Below are positions 16,844 through 26,091 of a stretch of DNA of 64,000 bases, in pieces. The notes under the pieces were generated by a model. It was not told the origin of the DNA and made no database searches. It worked only from the letters and a program-made list of their open reading frames with translations. The position numbers were made by a program, and so were the translations under genes. The DNA comes from Gemmatimonadota bacterium (lineage in GTDB: Bacteria; Gemmatimonadota; Gemmatimonadetes; Gemmatimonadales; GWC2-71-9). The stretch spans positions 17,651 to 81,650 of the forward strand of contig JAOTVV010000008.1 of the NCBI GenBank assembly GCA_029863245.1, given 5' to 3'. Within the stretch, counting starts at the first letter, position 1. Every line of letters begins with the position of its first letter.

Positions 16844-18034
16844 TCAAACTATGAAATTTACGGGTCCCTGTCCGAGGTGACAAGCCGCACCTTCAACCCA
16901 GGCCTCCGTGATCACGTTCGTGCCGTACCAGTATACCAACTCTCGCCAGTCCCGGATGGCCGCGAGCGCGAGATCGGCCCGGAATCCCGGCGCAATCTGC
17001 CCCCTGCTGTGCGCCTCCCCCACCCCCGCTGCGCCATTGGCGGTGATCGCGATCACCGCCTCGGCCGGGACAAGTCCCGCCTGCGACACGGCCAGCGTGG
17101 CCATGAGAGGCAGACTCATCCCGGGGGAGCTGCCTGGATTGAAGTCTGTCGCGAGCGCCACCGCCGCTCCGGCCTCCACGAGACGCCGGCCTGGCGCTTG
17201 GCTGTTCCGTCCCAGGAACATCATCGTTCCCGGCAAGAGCACTGCCACCGTGTCACCCGCTGCCAAGGCCGCAATCCCGTCGGCGGAGATCGCGGCGAGG
17301 TGATCCGCCGTGACCGCCCCCAGGGCGGCTGCCAGCTCCGCCCCACCCGAGGGATCGAGCTCGTCGGCATGGAGCTTGAGCCCCATTCCGTGCCGCCGCG
17401 CCGCTTCCAGCACGCGCCGCGACTGGGCCACGGTGAACACGCCCGGCTCGCAGAACACGTCGCAAAACCGCGCCAGCTTCGATCGTTCGACCGCGGGCAG
17501 CATTTCCCTCACGACCAGCTCGATGTACTCGTCGGCGTGCGGCCGGTACTCCGGCGGGACCTCATGCGCGCCGAGAAACGTGGGAACGACTGCCGGTGCT
17601 CCCCCCGTCAGGGCTGCGATCACCCGCATCTGTTTCAGCTCGGCCTCGAGTTCCAGGCCGTATCCCGACTTCACCTCCACGGTGGTGGTGCCGTTGGCCA
17701 GCAGGCGATCCAGTCGACGGCGGGTCAGGTCGACGAGATCGTCTTCCGGCCGCTCGCGCACGTCGCGCATCGACGAGAGGATCCCCCCGCCCGCGGCAGC
17801 GATCTCCTTGTATCCGACCCCGCGAGCCCGCCGCTCCTGATCGGCGAGCCGGGCCGCACCGAACACGGCGTGCGTGTGACAGTCCACGAAGCCGGGAAAC
17901 AGCACCCCGTCGATCTCCACGACCTCGGCGGACGCCGCACCGGCCCGCACTTCCCGCTCGGGACCCACAGCACCGATCGTGCCGTCCGAGGCCAGGAGCA
18001 CTGCAGCACCCTCCAGGACCTCCAGCGCCGACAT
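16844..18034 (-). CDS. hutI: Imidazolonepropionase
   Basis: 396 aa. PGFVDCHTHAVFG..., KEIAAAGGGILSS, LKLHADEL, ATDFNPGSSP are amidohydrolase/HutI motifs. It lies downstream of hutU. Confidence 0.9.
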   Translation of the reverse strand: MSALEVLEGAAVLLASDGTIGAVGPEREVRAGAASAEVVEIDGVLFPGFVDCHTHAVFGAARLADQERRARGVGYKEIAAAGGGILSSMRDVRERPEDDLVDLTRRRLDRLLANGTTTVEVKSGYGLELEAELKQMRVIAALTGGAPAVVPTFLGAHEVPPEYRPHADEYIELVVREMLPAVERSKLARFCDVFCEPGVFTVAQSRRVLEAARRHGMGLKLHADELDPSGGAELAAALGAVTADHLAAISADGIAALAAGDTVAVLLPGTMMFLGRNSQAPGRRLVEAGAAVALATDFNPGSSPGMSLPLMATLAVSQAGLVPAEAVIAITANGAAGVGEAHSRGQIAPGFRADLALAAIRDWRELVYWYGTNVITEAWVEGAACHLGQGPVNFIV

Positions 18035-18105
18035 CTCCGCCCCGCGTCTGGCGCGTGCCGGGCCACGGCATGTGACAACTTGCGTCGCACCGAGAAGAAG
18101 GGTGC

Positions 18106-19779
18106 TCAGCGGTGAACCTCGCGCATAGGGATCACGATCGCGTGACGTCTGGCGGTCGCGATCGCCTCCGGGTAGCCCGCGTCGGCATGACGTGCGACAC
18201 CGATCCCCGGATCATTGGTGAGCACGCGCTCCAGGCGTCGTGCGGCAGCCTCGGTTCCATCCGCGACGATGACCTGCCCGGCGTGCAGGCTGTTCCCGAT
18301 CCCGACGCCGCCGCCGTGATGAAACGATACCCACGATGCTCCCGAGGCCGTGTTGAGCAGCGCGTTCAGGATCGGCCAGTCGGCAACGGCGTCAGTGCCA
18401 TCCAGCATGCCCTCGGTCTCGCGGAACGGCGAGGCGACGGAGCCCGTGTCGAGGTGGTCCCGGCCAATCACGATCGGTGCCGACAGCTCTCCAGATTCGA
18501 CCAAGGCGTTGAGCGCCAGCCCGAACCGGGCGCGCGCGCCCTGTCCCAACCAACAGATCCGCGCCGGCAGACCCTGAAACGCCACACGCTCTCGTGCCAT
18601 CCGTATCCACGGCTCGAGGTGGCGGTCTTCAGGAAAGAGCTCGAGGACCAGATCGTCGGTCCGGTGGAGATCTTGGGGATCGCCCGAGAGCGCCACCCAG
18701 CGGAACGGTCCCTTGCCCTCGCAGAACAGCGGCCGGATGTACTCCGGAACGAAGCCGGGAATCGCGAACGCGTCTTCGACGCCGGCATCCTTCGCCTCGG
18801 CGCGGATGTTGTTGCCGTAGTCGAAGGTGACGGCCCCGCGCCGCTGGAACTCCAGCATGGCGCGAACGTGCGTGGCAATGGAGCTTCGCGAGCGGCGAAG
18901 ATACTCCTCGGGGTCGGAGCGACGCAGTGCCGCCGCTTCCTCCAGATCGAGGCCGGCGGGGACGTAGCCGTTGAGCGGATCGTGGGCTGACGTCTGATCG
19001 GTGACGACATCGGGGATCCACCCGCGCCGCACCATCTCCGGCAGCACCTCGGCGCAATTCCCGAGAAGCCCGACCGACACGGCCTCGCCGCGATCTCGCG
19101 CCCCCGTGACGATCCGCCATGCCTCGTCCAGTGACTCGGACATCACCTCGAGGTATTTGGTCTCCAGACGCCGCTCGATCCGGCTCGAGTCGACCTCCAC
19201 GACGAGGATCGCCCCTTCGTTCATCGTGGCGGCCAGCGGTTGGGCGCCTCCCATGCCGCCAAGTCCACCCGTCACCACAATCCGCTTGCGGAGCGAATGA
19301 TCGAAGTGCCGTGCCGCGACCGCGCCGAACGTCTCGTAAGTGCCCTGGAGGATCCCCTGGGTGCCAATGTAAATCCAGCTGCCGGCGGTCATCTGGCCAT
19401 ACATGATGAGTCCAGCCCGCTCGAGTTCGCGGAAGTGCTCCCACGTGGCCCAGCGACCCACCAGATTGGCGTTGGCGATCAGGACCCTCGGCGCGTTCTC
19501 GTGGGTCCGGAACACGCCGACCGGTTTCCCGGACTGGATCAGCAGCGTCTCGTCATTGTCCAGTCGGCGCAGACTGGCACAGATCGCGTCGAAGGCCTCC
19601 CAGCTGCGAGCCGCACGCCCGGTGCCGCCGTAGACGATGAGATCATCGGGCCGCTCGGCGACCTCTGGATCGAGGTTGTTCATCAGCATCCGGAGCGCAG
19701 CTTCCTGAATCCACCCGCGGCAGGAGATGGTCGTGCCCCGCGGGGCGCGAACGACTCTGGCCTTGGCTGCCGTGCTCAT
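18106..19779 (-). CDS. hutU: Urocanate hydratase
   Basis: 557 aa. [50 protein letters not shown]..., [12 protein letters not shown]. Confidence 0.95.
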   Translation of the reverse strand: MSTAAKARVVRAPRGTTISCRGWIQEAALRMLMNNLDPEVAERPDDLIVYGGTGRAARSWEAFDAICASLRRLDNDETLLIQSGKPVGVFRTHENAPRVLIANANLVGRWATWEHFRELERAGLIMYGQMTAGSWIYIGTQGILQGTYETFGAVAARHFDHSLRKRIVVTGGLGGMGGAQPLAATMNEGAILVVEVDSSRIERRLETKYLEVMSESLDEAWRIVTGARDRGEAVSVGLLGNCAEVLPEMVRRGWIPDVVTDQTSAHDPLNGYVPAGLDLEEAAALRRSDPEEYLRRSRSSIATHVRAMLEFQRRGAVTFDYGNNIRAEAKDAGVEDAFAIPGFVPEYIRPLFCEGKGPFRWVALSGDPQDLHRTDDLVLELFPEDRHLEPWIRMARERVAFQGLPARICWLGQGARARFGLALNALVESGELSAPIVIGRDHLDTGSVASPFRETEGMLDGTDAVADWPILNALLNTASGASWVSFHHGGGVGIGNSLHAGQVIVADGTEAAARRLERVLTNDPGIGVARHADAGYPEAIATARRHAIVIPMREVHR

Positions 19780-21275
19780 ACCAGCGCCTCCCGGGCGACC
19801 AGAGCAGCCACCCGCTCGATGTCCGGTGTCAGCGGGCGATCTCCCGCCAACGGCTCCACCAGGTCACGGACTCGGGCGTGCAAGCGTGCGACACCCGGTG
19901 CGGGCCGAAGCGGCTTGCGATACTCGAGGGCCTGTGCCGCGGCAATGAGCTCGCCGGCCACGACGCGCTGTGCGTTGTGCAGCACCCGGAGGCCCTTCCA
20001 TGCCGCGGCCATGCCCATGGGCACGACATCTTCCTGGTTCGCGTCCGTCGGAATCGATTGAACGCTTGCGGGCGTCGAGAGCGTCCGCGACTCGGCCACC
20101 AACGCGGCGGCGGCGATCTGCATCATCATGAGTCCCGAATGGAGCCCTGCATGCGTCGCGAGGAATGGCGGAAGTCCCTGCGAGAGATCGGGGTTCAGCA
20201 GACGATCGATCCTCCGTTCGGCCAGGCCAGCGAGCGTCGTCAGTGCAATCGCGAGCATGTCGAGAGCGAGCGCCACCGGCTGCCCGTGGAAGTTACCCCC
20301 AGACAGGATCTCGTCACCGAAGACCAGCGGGTTGTCCGTTGAGGCGTTGAGCTCCACCTGCACCACGCTGAGTGCGTAGTCCACGGCGTCCGCCACCGCG
20401 CCGAGAATCTGGGGCGTGCACCGCAGGCTGTAGGCGTCTTGCACCCTCGGATCGTTTTCGCGATGCGACTCGCGGATTTCGCTGTCGGCCAAAAGCTCCC
20501 GCAGCAACTCCGCGGTCCGGCGTTGACCCGGGTGGGGGCGCGCCTCATGGATGCGCTCGTCGAATGGGACCGGCGTTCCCATGAGAGCCTCGAGGCTCAT
20601 CGCGGCCGCCCCGACGGCCGTGCGCCACAGATTGAGCGCATCGTGCACCACGAGCGCCAGGATCGCCGTCTGCACCTGGGTTCCGTTGATGAACGCGAGA
20701 CCCTCTTTGGGCTGGAATTCCAGGGGGGCCAGTCCGGCAGCTTCGAGGGCCTCGGCGGTAGAGACCCTTCCTGCTTCCCGTGTGACCTCCCCTCCCCCCA
20801 TCATCGCCCACGCGATGTGCGCCAGAGGAGCGAGATCGCCGCTCGCGCCCACGCTTCCCTGCTCGGGAACCACCGGATGGATCCCGGCGTCGAGCATCGC
20901 GGCGATGTGCCGCGGGACGGCCGAGCGAACGCCGCTCGTCTCCCTCAGCAGCACATTGGCGCGCAGGAGCATCACCGCTCGCACGACGTCGGCTGGAAGC
21001 GGATCGCCGACGCCAGAAACGTGGCTCACTATCAGGTTTCGTTGGAGCTCCAGCAGCTGGTCCGGCGGAATGCGAACGTTTGCGAGCTTGCCGAACCCCG
21101 TGTTCACGCCATAGATGGCGGCACCGGTCGCGAGGAGTCGTTCCACCGCGGCCCGCGAGGTGTCCGCACGCGCTGCGGCATCGGGGTCGACCTCGACGCG
21201 AGCCCCGTCACGGGCCACGGCGACGACTTCGGATATCGTGAGAGACCGCCCGGTGAGGATGACCGAGGGAGGCAT
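19776..21275 (-). CDS. hutH: Histidine ammonia-lyase
   Basis: ORF 19776..21380. Start set at [18 protein letters not shown] (ATG 21275). MIO-forming [14 protein letters not shown] motif. The longer N-terminus (FPFPFSPFPFP) is just the repeat arm translated. Confidence 0.9.
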   Translation of the reverse strand: MPPSVILTGRSLTISEVVAVARDGARVEVDPDAAARADTSRAAVERLLATGAAIYGVNTGFGKLANVRIPPDQLLELQRNLIVSHVSGVGDPLPADVVRAVMLLRANVLLRETSGVRSAVPRHIAAMLDAGIHPVVPEQGSVGASGDLAPLAHIAWAMMGGGEVTREAGRVSTAEALEAAGLAPLEFQPKEGLAFINGTQVQTAILALVVHDALNLWRTAVGAAAMSLEALMGTPVPFDERIHEARPHPGQRRTAELLRELLADSEIRESHRENDPRVQDAYSLRCTPQILGAVADAVDYALSVVQVELNASTDNPLVFGDEILSGGNFHGQPVALALDMLAIALTTLAGLAERRIDRLLNPDLSQGLPPFLATHAGLHSGLMMMQIAAAALVAESRTLSTPASVQSIPTDANQEDVVPMGMAAAWKGLRVLHNAQRVVAGELIAAAQALEYRKPLRPAPGVARLHARVRDLVEPLAGDRPLTPDIERVAALVAREALV

Positions 21276-21357
21276 GGGGGGGAATATAAGCGGCGGGAAG
21301 GGGGTTGGGGGAAGCGGGAACGGGAAAGGGGAAAAGGGAAACGGGAACGGGGAGAAG
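21276..21357. repeat. Polypurine arm (locus C, left), directly abutting the hutH start codon
   Basis: gggggggaatataagcggcgggaagggggttgggggaagcgggaacgggaaaggggaaaagggaaacgggaacggggagaag. The only non-purine island is aatataagc. Confidence 0.8.
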
Positions 21358-21470
21358 TCAGGTAGCCCGGGGACCTGCAAAGCAGTCGTCGCGTGGCGAC
21401 CGAATGGAAACGTGCATCACCGCGCGGAACGGATCTAGTTGTCGGCGGACTGCCGACCTACCCTGTGAGC

Positions 21471-21869
21471 ATGAGGCAGCTGCGATCGCTGGAAGCATGG
21501 AGGATGGCCCGAAAGACGGCGAAGACGACTTACCGTGTCACTCTCGATCCTCGTCTCAAATCCCACTATGCTCTCGTCGATCAAATCCGTCGTGCCGCGA
21601 TCTCGGTTCCCGCCAACATTGCGGAAGGGTACGCGCTCGGCACGACCTCTCAGTGGGTCCGCCTGAACCGAATCGCCCTCGGGTCAGCAGTTGAGCTGAA
21701 GACCCATCTGGAATTGCTACGGGACCTGGGCCTGGTCGATCGGGCCGAACTGGACCCGGTGGTGGCTGACGCCACGCAAGTGATCGCGTTGCTCGTAGGA
21801 CTACTGAGGCGATTGGGTGCACAAACCCCGGGAGCGAATGCCTCTCCGTCGCCCCCGGGGTCCGCATGA
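21471..21869 (+). CDS. Four-helix-bundle protein of the 23S rRNA intervening-sequence / Avd-like family
   Basis: MRQLRSLEAWRMARKTAKTTYRVTLDPRLKSHYALVDQIRRAAISVPANIAEGYALGTTSQWVRLNRIALGSAVELKTHLELLRDLGLV matches the family hallmark (l.vW..A..l...vy..t...p..e.y.L..QirRAa.SvpaNIAEG......ef..fl.iA.GS..El.t.l.la). Start set at the ATG 21471 inside ORF 21393..21869. Confidence 0.8.
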   Translation: MRQLRSLEAWRMARKTAKTTYRVTLDPRLKSHYALVDQIRRAAISVPANIAEGYALGTTSQWVRLNRIALGSAVELKTHLELLRDLGLVDRAELDPVVADATQVIALLVGLLRRLGAQTPGANASPSPPGSA

Positions 21870-21884
21870 TTTCACTGCACCGGC

Positions 21885-21938
21885 TCTTCCCTCTTCGCCT
21901 TTCCCTCTTCCCTTTTCCCTTTTCCCTTTTCCCTGTCC
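21885..21938. repeat. Polypyrimidine arm (locus C, right), inverted partner of 21276-21357
   Basis: ctcttccctcttcgcctttccctcttcccttttcccttttcccttttccctgtcc. Its reverse complement contains three tandem gggaaaa units. It ends 7 nt before the stop codon of the minus-strand lipoprotein gene. Confidence 0.8.
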
Positions 21939-21945
21939 GGCAACC

Positions 21946-23106
21946 CTACCTCTTCACCACCACTCCCCCATCACCGCCCGTGAAAAACCCCGCCCCGACC
22001 GACAGCTCCGGGTTCCCCGGATCGGTCTGATAGCTCCAGTCGAAGATGATGTAGTCGCGCCCGACGTGGGTCACTCGTAGCGCGCCGAAGCGGGCGAACT
22101 GGTCGCCAGCGTCCATCGCGAACACGTACCCGTAACCGGACAGCGCCTGGATGGCGGCGGGGGAATAGCCGGTCTCCGGCGCGATGTCGATCGACGTGAG
22201 GTCGTCCACGGGGCCCGTCCCATACTGCGCGACGACCGTGTTCTGGCGCACGGGCACCAGGAAGAAATCGCCGTTCACGTCGCGCGTGACACGGAAATCG
22301 ATGTCGGTCCGATTGCCGTCGGCAACGATGCCCAACTCCAGCGCACCGACCTGGCCGTCACTATTGCCATCCAGCCAGAAGCGGAAGCCGGCTCGCGTCA
22401 CATCGAACGACATCGCGGTCACGACCACGTTCCGTGCATCGGGTCTCGGCGTATCCGCCCGGATTGGCGACCACAGGCTCTCGTATCCCTCGATGCTCTC
22501 CGCCGACACGCCGAAGCACCGCGGTGCCCCGTTCGGCAACGCGCCAGCGATGAACTCGGGCGCAACCGTCGTGCCCTCCAACCCCCACGAGGCTCCGCAG
22601 AGATCGTCATCGAGAGAATAGGTGGCGCTGTACACCCGGTACTGCTTGAACGCGCTGGGCGTCGTTTGAAACGCGTTGTCGGACCAAGCGAGATGGATGG
22701 CGCCGTTCAGACTGGTGCTCAGGAGCACCGTGGGCGACTCCAACCGCAAGCGCTCGTCGACGATCACCGAGGTGCTCGGTGCGCTTTCGATGCCGTTGAA
22801 GTCCACGGCCACGACGAAGTACTCCAGGTCGGGCTGGCCGCCATCGTGGAACGTCGGCGAGGTCGTCTCACCGCGTAACCCAAACGACTCGTTCGCACCC
22901 GCCCGCGAGTACACCCGGTAGACGTCGAGATTGGGATCGGTATTGAGATCCCAGAACAGGAGAATTCCGAGCGGGAGGTCCGGATCACCGCTCGGCTCGA
23001 GCTCGTAGAAGAGGTTCTGCGGCGCCGGCAGGAGCGGGCCCACCGGATCCTTGTCGCAGGCCACCACGACGAGTGAGATCGCTAAACCAACAGCCAGCTT
23101 CCGCAT
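21946..23106 (-). CDS. Putative lipoprotein with two fibronectin-III-like segments
   Basis: ORF 21946..23127. Start set at MRKLAVGLAISLVVVACDKD (lipobox VVAC). Two segments resemble Fn3 folds (VYRVYS...EYFVVAVD; YRVYSATY...). No specific family recognised. Confidence 0.6.
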   Translation of the reverse strand: MRKLAVGLAISLVVVACDKDPVGPLLPAPQNLFYELEPSGDPDLPLGILLFWDLNTDPNLDVYRVYSRAGANESFGLRGETTSPTFHDGGQPDLEYFVVAVDFNGIESAPSTSVIVDERLRLESPTVLLSTSLNGAIHLAWSDNAFQTTPSAFKQYRVYSATYSLDDDLCGASWGLEGTTVAPEFIAGALPNGAPRCFGVSAESIEGYESLWSPIRADTPRPDARNVVVTAMSFDVTRAGFRFWLDGNSDGQVGALELGIVADGNRTDIDFRVTRDVNGDFFLVPVRQNTVVAQYGTGPVDDLTSIDIAPETGYSPAAIQALSGYGYVFAMDAGDQFARFGALRVTHVGRDYIIFDWSYQTDPGNPELSVGAGFFTGGDGGVVVKR

Positions 23107-23166
23107 GTCCGTTTCCTCCAGTGCCAAAGGCTCGCGACGTAAAACTGCACGGAGCGTGCCTGGCGG

Positions 23167-23195
23167 AATATAGCAGTCAAACTATTGTCCTATAA
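23167..23195 (-). promoter_or_regulatory. Candidate sigma70-type promoter for the lipoprotein gene
   Basis: Minus strand reads TTATAG-17 nt-TATATT, in the only AT-rich patch of this intergenic region, ~60 nt upstream of the ATG at 23106. The -35 is weak. Confidence 0.25.
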
Positions 23196-23289
23196 CAGCT
23201 TAGCTGCAGCGACCCGACCGCGCTATGTCCACCATCGAGGACACACGGCCGGACCGATGGGCCGCCGCCCATCCGATGTGGGCGGGCTA

Positions 23290-26091
23290 CTACCGCAGCG
23301 TCCGCTGGTCGTACTGGAACTTGAGTTCCGGTTGGTCGGTGAGCGAGATGAAGAAGTTGAACGCGAAGTTCCCGTTTGGCGCCTTGAGGAAGGCGAACGT
23401 CGCCCGCCATCGGTGCAGGTCTCGGCTGAGCCGCAGCACGTGTTGGCCGAACTCCTTGAGGGTCATGTTGTACTGCGTGCTCCAGGAGACCGACCAGCTG
23501 GCGGTCGGGGCGAACGAGATGGCCATACCCAGCGTGCGGTTGGCGGGTGTCTCGATGATCTCACCGGTATCGATCGCGCGGGGCCGCGTGCGGGAATCGT
23601 CGTACGTGAAAGATGCCTGGAACCCCCTGCCCCGCCGCTGTCCGTAGCCGTCGCCTAACCCCCGGTCCAATCTGGTCGGCGGTCCGAACCCGGTCCCCCT
23701 TGGCTGAACCGCTTCTTCGGACTCGAGTAACTCCTGCCCCGACGTGTCCTGGGGAGAGGTCGTCACGTCGCCTCCCGTGAGAAGGGCGAGGACGCTGCTG
23801 AAGGTACGGGGAGAGAGCGTGAATCGCGTGGAGATCGAGGTGAGAAACGGATCGAACCGCGTGGTGTCGTAGCCCACCGGCCCGTCCCACAGGTCGTGGC
23901 TCATCGACAACGAGAATCCGGGCAGGAGATCACTGGTAAGGCGGTTCGTCAATCGCTGAGTTGCCCACCCATTTCGTCCTTCCTCCTTGGCCTGCTCGAA
24001 GTCGTACTCGATGGGCGAGGTTTGGATGCTCAAGATCTTGAGCTTCTGGGCCTGCTGTTGGCCCTGCACAGCCGCGGTATCCCCGGGAGGAGGCTTCAGC
24101 TTCCCTTCGAACGTTTGGGAGAGCCCCAGGCTGATCCGCTGCACGGTGGGGCTCAGGCGCTGCGGGTTGCGACCGGTGGGATCGAGCGCGTTGGCGTACG
24201 CTTCGGGGACGGTCGCCGACGGCGCGTAGCTCCAGCTCAAGAAGGGTGACACAGAGTGCCGGATGCGCGACAGCGGACCCACGCCGGGGAAGAACCCAAA
24301 GAACGTTGGCGTCACGCTCACACTCACCGAGAGCCGCTTTCCCTGCGAGACGAAATCGCCTCCCGTGAAGCGGTTGCGCAGCAGGAACGCGCCTCCGGTG
24401 GTGTTCCGAATACCGATGGACGGCTGGAACTTCCAGCTCGCCGGAAACAGGATCGGCAGGTTGATCCCCGTGTTCCAGTCGACGTCGGTGCGGAAATCCT
24501 CTCCGTAGTACCTAGTGATCGAGTCACCGGGGCTCGTGGGGTCCGGGAGCACAATGGCCTGCTGATCCCGCGACGTCCAAAAGTCCGTGACGGTGATATC
24601 ATTGGCCCAGTTCCACCGACCCACTCTGAGCGGGGTCCGAAACGAGATGCTGGTGTTGCGGGTGTCGGTGAAAACGCTGTCGAAGATTTCCTGTCCTCCT
24701 ACGGTTGGGAGCGGTACCAGCACGGGGGGGCCCTGGTCCAGCGTTCGGGAGTTGGTCAGCGAGAACGATGGCGACCACGTCGCGTCGCCCCATAGTTGAA
24801 TCGGGGACGGCGTGAGACTCAAACTGGGGAGCGTTTGGGACACGGTACCGTTGCTGAGATCCTGCCTGTGGTTGCCGCCGAGCGAGAGCGTGCCCCAGCT
24901 GAACTGCTTGCTGAAGTTGATGCTGCTGCTGAGCGTCGCCGTTTGCAGGAACGGATCGATGGAGTTCTGCTCGACGACTCGGGCGCTCGTTGCATAGTCC
25001 ACGTTGGCCGTGAGCCGAGTGCGCGAGTCGAAGCTCTGCTGGTGCACCCACTGCAGGCGCATGGACCGGCCACCCGGCGCGCTGCCGACACCCTCCTCGA
25101 AGATCTGGGAAGCCGAGATTTGGCCACTGACGAACCGGTTCAGCCACCGGTAGCGCGTCTGGCCATTCAAACCGACGTAATTGCCGGAAAACCAGTCGAG
25201 CGACGCCTGGAAGTCCACGTACTCATTGATCGCGAAGTAGTAGCCGATGTTCGAGACGTGCCGGCGATACCCCTCGTTGGGGCGCACGAGATCGTTGAAG
25301 CCGAACCGCGGCACCAGCAACCCGCTGTGCCGCCCGGGACGTACGTCCTGAAAAATGAACGGCAGCCAGAGGATCGGGACGTCCCGCACGTACAACACGG
25401 CCGGTCGCGCCACCATGATGGTGTTGCTCACCCACTTCACTTTGCCCGCGCTGATGTGATAGTGCGGCGACGGATGATCGCAGCTCGTGATCCGGTTCCG
25501 CGAGCCGTAGAGCCGCGTGGAGCCGGAATCCACCTCGAGGCCCCCGCGGAGATACCAGGTCACTCCGGATTGGAGGAAGCTCGTGAGGGCGCTGGGAACG
25601 GTCCCGCGGTGCTCGCACGTGTCGTAACGCATGTCCTTGCCGACCAGCACGGTCCCTTTGTCGAACAGTGTCGGTCGCGGTGTCCCTCCGGCAACCAGCC
25701 GGCAGTTCGATTGCTGAAAGCTCACCGTGCCTGCCTCGAGCGTGCTCCCCTCCCGCTCGACCATGGCCGACCCGACCAGCACGATCTCCCGGCGCTCCCC
25801 AAACAGGGTGATGCTGTCGCCCGCGTACCGTGTGGAGCCGTACCCCGGTAGGCTGAGCAGCCTGATCAATATGGAATCCGTCTGCGGAAAGGGCCGCGAG
25901 GGCGCGGTGGGGAGGCCGAGTCGGCGTGCAGCGGCGGTGTCGACCGGCTGTAGAGTCGAGTCACGGCGGACAACCGCCGAATCCCGCGGGCCGAGGGTAT
26001 CACGCGGCAGGGGACGCACGCGTTCCTGCGCGCTCGCCGGCGAGGCGAGCACCCCCACGGCCGCGAGCACGAGCGCACTCTTGCCGAGCAT
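23290..26091 (-). CDS. lptD: LptD/OstA-family outer-membrane LPS-assembly protein (candidate)
   Basis: 934 aa counted from the internal ATG 26091. Sec-type signal peptide MLGKSALVLAAVGVLASPASAQ, OstA-like N-domain, and LptD-like motifs ITSCDHPSPHYHISAGKVKW and VPILWLPFIFQDVRPGRHSGLLVPRFGF. Large beta-rich C-terminus ending in aromatic-rich strands. Confidence 0.65.
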   Translation of the reverse strand: MLGKSALVLAAVGVLASPASAQERVRPLPRDTLGPRDSAVVRRDSTLQPVDTAAARRLGLPTAPSRPFPQTDSILIRLLSLPGYGSTRYAGDSITLFGERREIVLVGSAMVEREGSTLEAGTVSFQQSNCRLVAGGTPRPTLFDKGTVLVGKDMRYDTCEHRGTVPSALTSFLQSGVTWYLRGGLEVDSGSTRLYGSRNRITSCDHPSPHYHISAGKVKWVSNTIMVARPAVLYVRDVPILWLPFIFQDVRPGRHSGLLVPRFGFNDLVRPNEGYRRHVSNIGYYFAINEYVDFQASLDWFSGNYVGLNGQTRYRWLNRFVSGQISASQIFEEGVGSAPGGRSMRLQWVHQQSFDSRTRLTANVDYATSARVVEQNSIDPFLQTATLSSSINFSKQFSWGTLSLGGNHRQDLSNGTVSQTLPSLSLTPSPIQLWGDATWSPSFSLTNSRTLDQGPPVLVPLPTVGGQEIFDSVFTDTRNTSISFRTPLRVGRWNWANDITVTDFWTSRDQQAIVLPDPTSPGDSITRYYGEDFRTDVDWNTGINLPILFPASWKFQPSIGIRNTTGGAFLLRNRFTGGDFVSQGKRLSVSVSVTPTFFGFFPGVGPLSRIRHSVSPFLSWSYAPSATVPEAYANALDPTGRNPQRLSPTVQRISLGLSQTFEGKLKPPPGDTAAVQGQQQAQKLKILSIQTSPIEYDFEQAKEEGRNGWATQRLTNRLTSDLLPGFSLSMSHDLWDGPVGYDTTRFDPFLTSISTRFTLSPRTFSSVLALLTGGDVTTSPQDTSGQELLESEEAVQPRGTGFGPPTRLDRGLGDGYGQRRGRGFQASFTYDDSRTRPRAIDTGEIIETPANRTLGMAISFAPTASWSVSWSTQYNMTLKEFGQHVLRLSRDLHRWRATFAFLKAPNGNFAFNFFISLTDQPELKFQYDQRTLR

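Noticed and set aside
21276-21380. N-terminal extension of hutH (MQVPGLPDFSPFPFPFSPFPFPLPPTPFPP...), plus similar FPFPF / GKGKG peptides in ORFs 485..1228, 10519..10905, 10557..11051, 21305..21694, 21817..22080, 42432..43061 and 42640..43149
   Set aside because: These are translations of the polypurine/polypyrimidine arms. Real gene starts with family-typical N-termini lie downstream, and the arms occur in both orientations and in different frames.
21471-21869. Avd-like four-helix-bundle gene as part of a diversity-generating retroelement
   Set aside because: I recognised no reverse transcriptase ORF and no template/variable repeat pair (near-identical ~100-nt repeats differing at adenines) anywhere near it or elsewhere in the window.
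23263-23283. Hairpin ccgccca-tccgatg-tgggcgg just 3' of the lptD-like stop, as a terminator
   Set aside because: The stem is only 7 bp and has no U-run on the minus strand. That is too weak to call from sequence alone.
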